A stretch of DNA of 64,000 nucleotides. Source: Saccostrea cucullata (taxonomy: Eukaryota). The stretch covers positions 1 through 64,000 of the forward strand of contig NW_026935671.1 in NCBI RefSeq assembly GCF_032062105.1, in the 5' to 3' direction. Position 1 is the stretch's first letter. Every line of letters starts with the position of its first letter. Positions 40,400 through 52,539 of the stretch are shown here, piece after piece. The notes under the pieces are model-generated. The model had not been told where the DNA came from and searched no databases. It worked only from the letters and a program-made list of their open reading frames with translations. The translations under genes and the position numbers were made by a program.

Positions 40400-41161
40400 T
40401 CAAGAGGTCTGATTTACTTGCCGAATGGAAACATTACCTGTTTACCTGTCCTGTTTTTTACTACGTATTATGCAATACCCCTGGTATATTCGAACAAAAC
40501 AACATTTTCATCAGATCAAAAAGGTGTAAAAGAAAAATTTTGTCCGTAAAATCCAGATTGAAATATTTAACGTTTTTGAGTTATAAAGCAAAAAATTTCA
40601 AGGCCCCTAGATCCCTAATTTTAGGGGCCAGCCCCTTTTGAATGATATCAAATGAAACATCTTGCAATTATGCACAACTTTTATTCAACATGTCTTAACA
40701 AAATATTTTTAGTTTTCAAGATATCAAGTAAAATATGTCACTTTTTTTTGCTGTTTTCCGCGTTCTAACATTTGACCCCTCTCTTGCGCCATTTTTAATG
40801 CAGAAATCAAAAAACATAAAGTGATGTGCACAACTTCAATGCTTCCTCTTCACAATTTCAAAGGGTTTTGTGCTCCAATTATTACCTCTTCTGAGCCTTT
40901 GTCTGGAATACAGAGGTATGAAAAATTCAATCAAAGGGGAATAACTCGTTAATAGAAGGTAATTTCCGAATTGTGAAACAATATTCTAAAAGGGTTTATA
41001 AAAATCTAAAACTTCTGAAAATTTGAAAAAAATCCGTTCAGGAAGAAAGAAGATATGAAGCATCAAAGTTGGCGTCAAGGAAGAAAAAAAAAGAATAATA
41101 AGAATAATCTTAATCATCAGAATCAGTAGAAGGTCTTCCGTTGGAAACGAAAGACCTTAAT
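40400..41161 (-). mobile_element. HINE/Helentron-like non-autonomous element
   Basis: (AAG/AAT)n tract followed by terminal hairpin AAGGTCTTCCGTTGGAAACGAAAGACCTTAAT. Confidence 0.7.
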
Positions 41162-41560
41162 AAAGAAGCCTTTAAATGAACTGCAAATAAAAAAAAAAAC
41201 AATAGAAGAAAAATATCATGTCCGTTTTTCGGGTATGTTTATTTAAGCCAATCAGACTGAGGAACCAATGTTCCTTGTTTCTCATGAAAAATGTCCTATT
41301 TTAGTCTGTTCTAAATAATAATTAAACCAATGTAGTCCTTGGAAGCAGTATATCACATAACCATTCCTGTGAATACCGCATTCCATTTTTCCCTTCTTTC
41401 AAACAATCAACAAAGATTAATATGATTTCATTCATATATTATATTTATTTCATCGAAGGCGTCTCTGTAATGAAAAAAATACTTTCACTCTCATCATGTC
41501 TGAGGGAAATTATTACTTTTTTAAATTCGTAGGAATATATATTTTTCTTTAAAAACTAAG
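41162..41560. repeat. Continuation of conserved module copy D
   Basis: AAAGAAGCCTTTAAATGAACTGC...AATATCATGTCCGTTTTTCGG...CTGAGG...CTTGGAAGCAGTA...AACAATCAACAAAGAT. Confidence 0.8.
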
Positions 41561-43122
41561 TGAATATCTGGAATAAGCAGTATCTGTTTGATAAGTCGAA
41601 TGCATCAATTTTCCATTCTTAACTTTGCCATGTAAAAGACGTGTCGTAATTAAAAAGTACCACAATTATTGTAGATTTAAAAATAAGTTTATCAAATTTC
41701 ACGAGTGTTATGGAACACAAATTCTGTAATTGAAAATAAATCGAGGGAAACTAATGTTTTATTATATGATAAAGGAATATGCTATGGAAAGTAAATCTAC
41801 CTTGAACTTACAACGTATCTTTTTTTCACATTGTTTACGGTTACTCAGCAAATGTGAGGTAATAAAGAAATTTAAGGTCACCCTTTGTAATATATTCATC
41901 AACAAGGATCCAGTGGGTCATCACTTGTCATCAGTTAATAGTATATAACACCATTGATGGGTCTTATGTATTAAGTCGAAGTCTTCATTAAAACGCAGAA
42001 GTCATGTTCCCTTTTTTTAACAATCTCAATAATGGGTTTCCTGTTTTATATTTTGGAGTTTCTTTTGTTTCATTGTTTTATCATATGTTGGCTCATTAAC
42101 CTTTACTTTTACTGGGAGAATACATCCAAACACAAAAACTTGTTGTAAGTGCATTGTATCTCTTATTCCCAGGTTTATCGTCTCCAGGAATTCGTTGGGT
42201 AATTTCTAAATTCCAATATTCATTCTAGATTTCAGTAGCTTGCAAATCGTGCTACCTGTATAACATTCATAAAATTTGATAAAGCATTTCTTTACATTTT
42301 TAAATGAATTCCTGATGCACAATTTTTAGATACGTGAATCTGTTCCCACTTAATACCGGTTAGACTGAGAAACTATTGATTTCATTCCAATCCTTATAAT
42401 TTAATTTTCTTTCATTAAGTATAAAAAAATGAAGATTGCCCTACAGAAATGTCTTCGAATGGTACAAAATTTAAATGTACGTCAGACGCATCGATAACTT
42501 TTTTCACACAAGTCATTGTGAAGTACGAAACTCAATTTGCACAATACAGTATTTTTTATCCAATGAAATACCGTATCATAAACTTATAACTTTATAAGAT
42601 GATATGAAATTTATTATTCTTCATTTTTTTTTTCAAATATTTTTTTTTTTGTTCACTTACGTAATTTCTTCAACTTGTTACTTTTGATTTCCTCCTGTAA
42701 GAATGTAAGTATGTAAATGTTTTTCTGAAAGTAGCTCACTATACAAGCAAAGTAATTTAAAAATACATTAAAATTTACATTATGTTACATGAAAGGAATT
42801 ATTTGTTTTTACAGTAAAGGTAAATAGAAAACAAACACTAACAAAAATATAAAAAATGCTACATTTATTGATCAGACTCTATACAAATAAATGTTAATAG
42901 TTAAGCAATGGCGAATTCAATGTCAATATATCTAGGTGTACTTTAAACAGTCTGCATATAGGATTTAGGTTATCTACATCAAGCGTGTAGAAATGTACTT
43001 TCAAACTCAATGATTAATTTTAATACAGATTTGTAGACAATTAATTTTAAATGTATCAATCAAATCAAATTAAGGTGACTGATTGAACTGTTTACTTCTT
43101 TTAAGATTTTGATAACGTTTGT

Positions 43123-44220
43123 TTATGAAACGACCTGTGAAGCGATAAAAAGGATATAAGGATTACAAGAGAAATTTATAAGTCCAAAGAATGTAGCAAT
43201 ATCGTATGTGTATGCAAACAAGATCAAGAGAAAAGATCTCTTCGAAAAATTGAAATGTAATAGAGCAATGTAAGCAACGTTATAAAGTATGGCTGAAATT
43301 TGATAGGAAACAAAAACTGACAATATAATGGAAATAATAACATTCATTCTCTTATAAATACTGTTTGTCACAGAAGTATTTTTAAGAGCTTTCATCTTTT
43401 TGATATGTATAATAATGATTGCACAGATAGAAAGCAACCCCAAAAGAGCACGGATACTTGTAAACGTAAAATCCATGATTTTACGAACATAAAATAAATC
43501 TTTAATACTCGTTGACATTATCATTAATATGAAAGCTGAAAACAGTGAAGAATACATCCAAATCATCAGAGAGCATGCAAGAACAATTGACGCGGTAAGT
43601 CGTATCTTGCTCTGTAAGGGATGAACAGTTAATAAATATCTGATCATACAGAGGAATATCATGTGTGAACTTGAACAATTTATAAGTGTTTCACTTAAAA
43701 AATTACCAACCACATACGAAAAAGATCTTTTGTACACAAAATGTTGAATTTGAAGATAAAAAAACAAAGTCGTAAATCTGTCCACAAAAAACAAGATGAT
43801 ACTTAGAATATCAGACAAGGCAAGACAACTGAGGGCGACAAATGTCGGAGTGTGAAACTTTTTATAGCAAGAAATTGTGCAGATTGTCACGATATTTCCT
43901 ACGACACCCAATAATCCGATTATCAAAGCCAGAATCATGATTGATTTCTCAAACTCTTCTGATGTCAATTCAATAATTCTTGAATCGAATAAATGGAATG
44001 ATATTTTGTAATTGCGAAAAAAATCATAAATGTTATAATCATCATCAGAGCCATTTTTTGTTGCGTTCCCGCTTTTTTGAAGATTTCTATCCAGTGGAAA
44101 CAAGTGTGAGGTCCAGAAAGTATTACTGTAGTTTAATTCTGTTTCCTCATCAAAATGAGAAGAATTCCATGTGGTAGCTTCAGATGTAGGTACGGAAATA
44201 TCCCCTTTAAAAAGTGCCAT
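43123..44220 (-). CDS. Class-A orphan GPCR, copy 3 (365 aa)
   Basis: Intact ORF with GNIVTI, KKFHTPTF, LALSD, MIRY..VHP and FSCNPYIL; closest to copy 2 (shared LFPLDRNLQ and SEEFEKS motifs); acceptor 11 nt upstream of the ATG; AATAAA (minus strand) near 42863. Confidence 0.93.
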   Translation of the reverse strand: MALFKGDISVPTSEATTWNSSHFDEETELNYSNTFWTSHLFPLDRNLQKSGNATKNGSDDDYNIYDFFRNYKISFHLFDSRIIELTSEEFEKSIMILALIIGLLGVVGNIVTICTISCYKKFHTPTFVALSCLALSDILSIILFFVDRFTTLFFYLQIQHFVYKRSFSYVVGNFLSETLINCSSSHMIFLCMIRYLLTVHPLQSKIRLTASIVLACSLMIWMYSSLFSAFILMIMSTSIKDLFYVRKIMDFTFTSIRALLGLLSICAIIIIHIKKMKALKNTSVTNSIYKRMNVIISIILSVFVSYQISAILYNVAYIALLHFNFSKRSFLLILFAYTYDIATFFGLINFSCNPYILFIASQVVS

Positions 44221-44231
44221 TTCAGGACAAA

Positions 44232-44345
44232 CTGAAAAAAATATATGGAATAAACAAAAATAATATATTATTATTTATAACTAAATAAACACCCACCTGA
44301 CATAGAATGAATGTAATTTGAAGAAATGAATTCTACTTTAAATAC
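44232..44345 (-). other. Predicted 5'-UTR intron of GPCR copy 3
   Basis: Donor GAGAG|GTATTT; acceptor TTTTTTTCAG|TTTGTCCTGAAATG. Confidence 0.68.
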
Positions 44346-44990
44346 CTCTCTTTCTATTTGCTTGGTAAGGCTTGGTGCAAGTTAAAATATGGGCTCCTTG
44401 ATATCATCTTTCAATATAAGCTCTTGAAAAAGAAAAGCCTCACATGTCCTCTTTACTGAAAGATCAGTTTCACGGAAGGAAACGCATAGTCTTTCCTGTT
44501 TTTGAATATCTAATACACTATTTGTTTGTAAGACACTAACTCTGTCTTTGACTTTTATGGGTAACAATAATTTGCGTTATCCTTTCTCGTTGCGAATAAA
44601 ATATCCCTCTGCATAATGCTTACTGAGAAACACAACTACTCAATCTCATTTATGAACTTTCATTTAATCATAGATATTTTGTTAGGGTAGAACCGAGTTA
44701 TTTCAAACATTTTTGCTGATGCATGACTTTCCATCCTCAAAACACAACCTTAAAAAATGTTATAGATTAAAATAAGCTCAAAGAACAGAGATTTTTTCCT
44801 GATAATTTTTTTTTCAGAAAAGTTATCAAATAGCCTATCACTTATATCAGGACATACATAAAAAACTGAAACTTTGTTATGCCAATAAAGTAGTTCTTAA
44901 AAATATGTTACAAATCTTTAACTGCTAAAGAATTATTTAAATATTTCAAAAAATACTAATTTACTTCTAAGAAAACCATGCAGTTGTATA

Positions 44991-45828
44991 CGAGGGGTGA
45001 TCAAAAAGTTCGCGAACTACCTCTGTATCTACCAAACCAAAATTCAGATTAGAAAAAATGGTACACACATAGCAATACACAATTCTATAAATAGGATATG
45101 CTGAAGAAATTTTTGCTTCGTTGTGACGTCACAATGTGAAAATGACGTCACTATGTAGATCACTTGTGACGAAAAATGGTTTTCTCAGTTCTACTCGTTC
45201 AACAAACGACAGTAAAATTCATGGCATATCTTAGAAATCCCTTTGAGGTAGCGTATAATTATTTGCACATAGTTTATTAAAAAAATGACTTACTATAAAT
45301 TCAATCAATGTTTGGATTAATCGTTTAGGTGAAGGAATGCAGATGGTTAAAATGATACTTGTTATTTTGCCAAGTAAAGACAAGTTGTTTTGAAAAGAGA
45401 TGTGTTTTTAATTAAACAATTAGCTATCAAAGACCTCCAATTTACACTTTGAAAAATAGTTGAATATTTCAACAATAATTTGATTATTAAATTCCTTTGA
45501 TATCATTTACTTTAGATTTTAAACATATTTGATATGATAAAGAGGAGGCACCCATTCTCTATCCACCTTGAATTAACGTCTCTCCGAGACAGAAGATTTG
45601 GGTTTTGTTTGTCGCCATGCTTATTTTTGGGAAGGATATTTTTATCCTGACAGAATGCTACGGAGGTGGTCACGTGATCGCCTATATCACGTGATTCGCG
45701 CATGAATAGAATGGTTGCAGATGTGTATTAAATTTGGAAAGGACCAATTTAAAATATAATCAACACTGAAACCAAGTAATGTTTCTTTTATGGAAGTTAT
45801 TCAATTAGGTTAATTTTGATCACCCCCG
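44991..45828. mobile_element. Mariner-type MITE, ~0.65 kb upstream of the copy-3 first exon donor
   Basis: TA|CGAGGGGTGATCAAAA ... TTTTGATCACCCCCG|TA. Confidence 0.85.
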
Positions 45829-46469
45829 TACAAACATTCCAAAATAATCTTTCATGTTTCAGATCATAGACTGACAGGTGGTTAAATTTTCTCTCATCAC
45901 TGTACGTAAACCCCTTAAAATGAATACAATGTCTTTCTCCTGAGCTGAGAATGTCAGTCGTTTGATTTGTTTCTGTACAAGCAAGCATACATGTAGTTTG
46001 AGCTGTTGTTGTATCCTGAGAGAAAGCCACAACCTATTTCATGTAAACCAACAATCATACACATTTTATGCCTTGCCATGAATATGACCGGGGCATATAG
46101 TGTTTGTCATGTCGGACGTCTTACGTCCTTCCATCACACACTGAGTTTAGCTCAGTTCAAAGCTGAGTTTCAAGCAAACTATCCAAAATATATTGCATTT
46201 TCATCAAACTTCATATGCTGATAGAATTGCATAAACATTTTTTTACATTGACATTTCCTTTGACCTTGACTTCACTTTTCTTAAATTAATGTTTAGCTCA
46301 AGATGGTTTTATCAAACTTCACATGTTGATACATATTGATGAGAGCAATTCAACTGCGTCACCATTTTTGACTTTTGCCTTTCTTTTGACCTCACTTTTT
46401 TTAAAATAACTTTTAGCTCAGTCTAAAAAAAGTATTTATATTTATATCCAACTTCATATGCTGATACAC

Positions 46470-46516
46470 ATTTCAGTTTAGAGCAGACGCTCTAACCAAT
46501 GCGCCAAACGGGCGAC
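46470..46516 (-). mobile_element. 5' head fragment of a tRNA-SINE
   Basis: Reverse complement GTCGCCCGTTTGGCGCATTGGTTAGAGCGTCTGCTCTA matches 729-768. Confidence 0.6.
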
Positions 46517-47499
46517 GCTCAGTTTTGAAGACTTCATTCAAATATTTTAATCAACTTTAGTATGCTGATCCATATTAGTATTAGCTATTCAATAATATCA
46601 AACACTTTTGGCCTTGCACTTTCCTGTGACTTTGACCTCACTTGGCTTTAATTTGCATTTTGATAAGTATTACGAAACCTTTTATAATTGAGATATTTTT
46701 TTGTATACTTATGCATTATATATTATTTAAAGGGGATTTATCATCTATATCCCTTGTTTAAGAATTCAATTTCTTAGAGACTATTCAACATATTCTCAAC
46801 AAACGTCATACACTAAAACAGATTTTAATGTTGCATTACTAATATACACATGGCCGGGCATTCATATCCTTTTGACATATCTAGTTTAATAATTATGTTG
46901 AACCAAATAAATTATTTCGACTCGACATATGGCTGAAACATGTCCATTCATATGGACGAATCAAGGTTATTGGCAGAAAGACTGTAAAGTAGCTTCCGTA
47001 TTTCTACTAGTTAAACATTGCTGATATAATGCAGGGTGGGACATGACCTGGACCCAAGTTCAAGGTCACTTAGTGATAAGATGTTTTCTGGTTTGATGTT
47101 TGGACTAAAAGAATACCTAAAAAAAGGGGGAACTTTTCCAGTCGTTAACACACGGATTAGGTTTTATAACCAGAGTTAGTCGTTGCTTAGCGTAAGGCCA
47201 TCTGGGAAGTTCAAGATCGCATATATTTCTTTACAGTCTTTTCCCTTGCGAAACTTTGTAAGTTGCTTCTCTTATTAGGTTTCTTCTTACTCGTATAACT
47301 TATGAATGTGGCTTTTGGCCTAGACTCAAAGTTACTTCTTCCTGTCCGTAGCTCAATGAAATACATAAATATTTGTTGCTTTGAACGAGCTCGGCTCTAG
47401 TTATTAATTTCATACTTATTTTGAATATGTCAATACATGATAATAAACTTTGTAAATTTGATAAAAAAATATGTTTGACAAAACTCCCTCTTTCTGTCT

Positions 47500-47518
47500 C
47501 TCTTTCCTTTCTCTGTCA

Positions 47519-47566
<48 letters not shown>
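47500..47566. repeat. (CT)n microsatellite
   Basis: About 22 perfect CT units plus a degenerate flank. Confidence 0.95.
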
Positions 47567-47569
<3 letters not shown>

Positions 47570-48495
47570 AATAAACCTTGTTGGAACACATTTTGTGTAA
47601 CTGCATTCCATATGTTGGTTTACATTAAGACAAAATTGTTTATAGTGATTAATAAGTTTAATTTCGCTATATAAAGTATTTTTTCAGACATTTTTACAAT
47701 CGATGTATATTGTTATATACTCCAAGTGCATTACGTTAAAATATTGTCCAGTCTGAGCTCAAATGTTGAATATTAAAGGCCGCTCAAAACACACAGTTCG
47801 AGAAACGCCTTCTCTGATAATTAATCATACTTAGATTGAGTCCCCTGTCACCAAATATCAACCCTCAAAAAGATATTTCATTAATATATGATCAATTATC
47901 ACCGCGTGAATGTTTTTCGGACATGATAGGTCATATTAAAGCTACCAAGCTATACTTGGGTCTAATTGTAACGTGTCCAATTCATGGCTTATAAGATATA
48001 AAAGTTTAAACGGAGGTCGGCATCTTCACTATTAAAATTTCAAAGATTCTAGTCGAAGATTAAATAGAAGTGGTTTGAAGAAAGGACACAAACACAAATC
48101 CAGAAAACCTTTAAGGTGAAAATATTTCGATTACCTTAAATAATAATGATTTGCAAAGGAAACGTAAATTATAAGAGAAAGGGTTTAGAATAAAACTACA
48201 ATAAATGAATCATATTGAAAAAAGAAATTCTAACGCAACTGTTTCTCGAGCAATGTCTGATTTGCTCCTTTTTGAGTACCAAAAAGCATGAACAATTCAA
48301 ATAAAAGATGTTCGAAAGTATAAAAGAACCTTTACGGTACACATGATTGATAAAATCCATCTACGCTTTGGAAATTTTATCATTTTCTCCTTAATTTGGA
48401 TTTTAATGTTGTTTAAACGGATGTTAAGGGATGAAGTTTCAATTCAGTCTATAGATAAAGAGCATTCTCAAATTATTTCAACATAATATAGGCCT

Positions 48496-48599
48496 ACAAT
48501 TATTTAATGCTGGCCGGGGCAATAGAACACAATGAGCTGTTCCTTGCACCAAAGGAAAATTTTTCTGATCTATTGACTGCTCAGGCATTTAATAATTGT
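48496..48599. repeat. Palindromic Crypton-like remnant
   Basis: ACAATTATTTAATGC...CAATAGA ... TCTATTG...GCATTTAATAATTGT. Confidence 0.5.
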
Positions 48600-49084
48600 T
48601 TTATTACCCAATTTTACTATCCGTATTAAGTGCTCACAATTGTATATTACATAAGGTTGCAGTACCATTCTGAGTTCAAATGAATTGTAAATTATTACAT
48701 AGAATGTTTTGTGACATGGGACTACGAATTAAAAGTCTCGTCCGAAGGACCGGTCTTTACGTTCCACAGGGTATTAATTAAAGTAGCTTTCATTAATTAA
48801 AATATCCTACCATATTTTTTTTTTGAATTTTTAAAGGTAATGTCCAAATAAAAATAAGATGATTTGTTTACCATGGCTATGCATTGTTACCTATATTTTG
48901 AAAAACTGGTTAATCTGAAATACGTTGTCAGTCAACAGATAGATCGCAGTCTATTGACTGCTAGAATAGAAGAAAATATTAAATCTCTAATAAAATAACA
49001 AAACTCATTTGATAAAGTAATTAAAACACAAACAAACCATTAATAGCGAAATACAAGTGACTCAAAATATCCCATTAAAGTTTA

Positions 49085-50168
49085 ACATAGGAATATATAG
49101 GAAAAATCTTTAAATTTTTTCTTCTCAATTGAGACAGGAAAGATGAAACTCATGTGGAATCATCCTCAGATAGTGTAGATTCAAGTTTGTTCAAATCATG
49201 ACCCCGAGGGTAGGATGGGGTCCAAATGGCCGATCAAAGTTTTACATAGTTTTACATAATATATAGGAAAAATCTTTAAAAAATTTCTTCTCAAGAACCA
49301 CTTGGTTTGTTCAAATCATGACCCCCGGTGGTAGGGTGGGGCCACAAAGGCTGATCAAATTTTTACATAGAAATATATAGGAAAAATCTTTTAAAATTCT
49401 TCTTCTCAAGAATAATAGAGACAGGAAAGGTGAAATTCATGTGAAATCATCCTCATGAAGCGTAGATTCAAGTTTGTTCAAATCATGATCCCCGGGGATA
49501 GGGTGGGGTCAAAATGACCAATCAAAGTTTTACGTAGGAATATATAGGGACATCTTTTAAAAATAATCTTCTCAAGTACTTCAAAGCCATAATTAGTGAT
49601 ATTTATATAGAATCTTCCTCAGGTAACGTAGATTCTAGTTTGTTCAAATCATAACTTCCAGCGATAGGATGGGGCCATAATGGGATATCCAGTTTTACAT
49701 TATAGTATATATAAAAAATCTTCTCAAGAATAGCAAAGTCATGATTAGTGATACTAGTATTTATATGGAAACATTTTCGGGTAGTGTAGAATTATATTTG
49801 TTCAAATCATAACACCCAAGGGACGAGTGAGGCCACACTGGTGGATCAAAGTTTTACATGGAAAAAATAAAGGGAAAAATCTCAAGAACTGAAAAGCTAT
49901 GTTAAGTCATATTGGCATGTAAGCATCCTCATGAACTGAAGATTTTGATTCAAATTATTACGAAGCAATATATAGGAACAAAATGTTTATGAAGAAATCT
50001 TTTTTATCAAAAACAGCAAATTCATATGTTGTACTGATATGAAGCCATTCTCTAATAGTATTAAAATTCACCCCCCCCCCCTCAGTTAACTTTCAGTTCT
50101 GATCTGATATGTGCTTTTTCCTTGCCGATGTGCTCAGGTGAGCGATGTGGCCCCTGGGCCTCTTGTTT
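49085..50168 (+). mobile_element. 5'-truncated Helitron-N2-like element with degenerate Cg170-like satellite
   Basis: TTTGTTCAAATCATGACCCC repeats; 3' end GCTCAGGTGAGCGATGTGGCCCCTGGGCCTCTTGTT. Confidence 0.88.
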
Positions 50169-50649
50169 TTAATATTTATTTTTGTCCTTATAGCATACTA
50201 AAAAGTAAGTATCATAACACAACATATACAGATAAATAAATAAAAGTGTAAGACTTTAACAAAGTACGCTGAATACAAAATGTTAAAAGTTGGTTTATCT
50301 GAGGCATAATTGATACACAACTTGAAATGCATGCACAGAATTATTATTATTTGGGATATTGAAGTGAACATTTACAGGTTTTTAGATGTGTGTGTGTGTG
50401 TGTTTTATTTTATTTTTATTTTTTTTTATTTTTTTTTTTTTTACTGATAACACATTTTTTAATATTTCAATCTGTTTGGTCAAGAAAGATTTGTTAAAAA
50501 CACTATTACCCGCTGAATAATTCAGCCACACCCTCCAGCAACACTGCTTGACGACGGGTGATATTCCAAAAATAACGACTGCGCAGAATTTATGCATGCA
50601 TGGCTCACCGTTATATGTATTTGTTTAAAACATTCAGTATTATATGATA

Positions 50650-51240
50650 AATATTGCATGTCGTTGAGTGTAACATTGAAAATTTTCACCTCTCGAAAAC
50701 CATATTGTCAAACTCGGCTGCGCCTCGGTTGACAATGGTTCTCTTGGAGTGAAAAATTTCAATGTTACACTCAACTACATACAATATTTATATAATGTTA
50801 TATAAGAAAATTAATTTCGTTGGCTGAAAGGACGTCACGTGATATTCCTGCTTTTGGGATATCGACTCGAAAGCGCGTCGGCGGAAAATAAAAACGCACG
50901 GCACGCCCTTTGGTTGCACTAAAGTTACGTAGTGCGTGATGTCATAATATAAGAAGCGTGAATTTAACCATTGTGACGTAATGGAGGTCAAGTCTGTTTA
51001 GTTAGGACTTTGTCAGTGTATTCACTTTGAGTGATCATAAAATATAACTATAATGGATTTCAGTGAACGGTCAACATGTGATTATAAGGACTCATGGCAA
51101 TTGATATTGACCTCAGACACAGAAAATTATAGCGACCTCGAAGGCTCAGTCGCTATCGCTTTCTGTGTCCTCGGTCAATATCAATTGCCATGAGTCCTTA
51201 TAACCAAGTATCGACCTACACTGAAGTCCATAATTGTTTA
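50650..51240. mobile_element. Pair of long palindromes (Crypton-like non-autonomous element)
   Basis: Hairpin 1 at 50650-50788 centred on CTCGGCTGCGCCTCGG; hairpin 2 at ~51050-51235 with a 24-bp perfect arm TTATAAGGACTCATGGCAATTGAT; GC-rich spacer. Confidence 0.65.
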
Positions 51241-52539
51241 ATATCAACAAGTAAATCAAATTTTTTTTATGAACGATACAAGTGCATTTATGCTTGAGCT
51301 CAATACAAAAGTTTACATAATATTTAAGTGACGTAAATCATATCTGACTAAGGAAAAACCCTAAGGAACAGATAGATAACTCATTTAAACAAAACTGAAC
51401 AACATCAATTTGGACACTTTTCTATTCTTTTTACAACTGTTTTCCACGGTTATTTAATATGAAATACAGTACATGTACCAATTTCTAGCATCATTGATGC
51501 CCTTTTTACAATTAAAGTGGATCATGTGAATATATATATATACTTACTTTTTCATCGGTCATTTGCAAAAATATTTGAATCAAAAAATTCTTTTTGTACC
51601 AACAATTATATCATTGTTGTTTTTGCGATCCAAAAATCATTGGAATTCCCAAGAGTAATACCATGAAATCATCATTGTTCCTGGGTGACCAAGTTTACAT
51701 AATGTAATTGATATAACAATATAGATATAGCCCTTTTTCTATCTTATTTTTATATTATTTTATGCTGCTTTTTCAGCTCTTCGGTGGATGATGGAAGTTG
51801 TAAGGCTGTTAAATTAGCCCGACCGATGACCTCCCCTTTATTATTGATATGGTTTAGAACAATGACACAAACATACATAAAATTCAGAAAATTCCAATTG
51901 GTAGTTTTTTGTTCAGATCCTATCAATCTCTACCCTTAATTCAGTAAATACATAAATTTTCAATATAAATATATTTTGTAAAAATAAAAACTTGTGTAAA
52001 TAGTACATGTATATCTATCATTTAATTTGAATTGTATATGTTTGCCTTCTAGTATGCAAGTCCTTAAAAGAAAATGAATTGAAAATAAAAACACCACACA
52101 CTATTTATGATGTTGGTGTTAGCTGCCTTAAAACGACCCCCAGGTTCAAAATCAAATTTAATATGCTTAAATTTCTTTTAGATTAAATATATACTTGATT
52201 ATTTCAGTCGCATTTTATTAATAAACTTCCATGTTAAGAAAGCTGACACCTGACTAGATAAACTTAACATGTACTGACAACGGACTTTTTGCTTATTAAT
52301 AGCGATGTCTCATAGTGCTTTATCAATAAATAGCTGTCGGTTGCCTTATACATTTAAAATGAAGTTTTTCTTTATATTTTAAAATGGAAAGACCATTTAA
52401 ATTAATTAAACATAAGAAATATATAATATTCCAGATAACGATCATGACTTCACACATGGGCATTTGACTGTCTTGTAAAACTTCGCAAAATGTACTGTCA
52501 CAGTGGAATATATTCAAGGCCAAAAGTCCTTAAAGCAAT

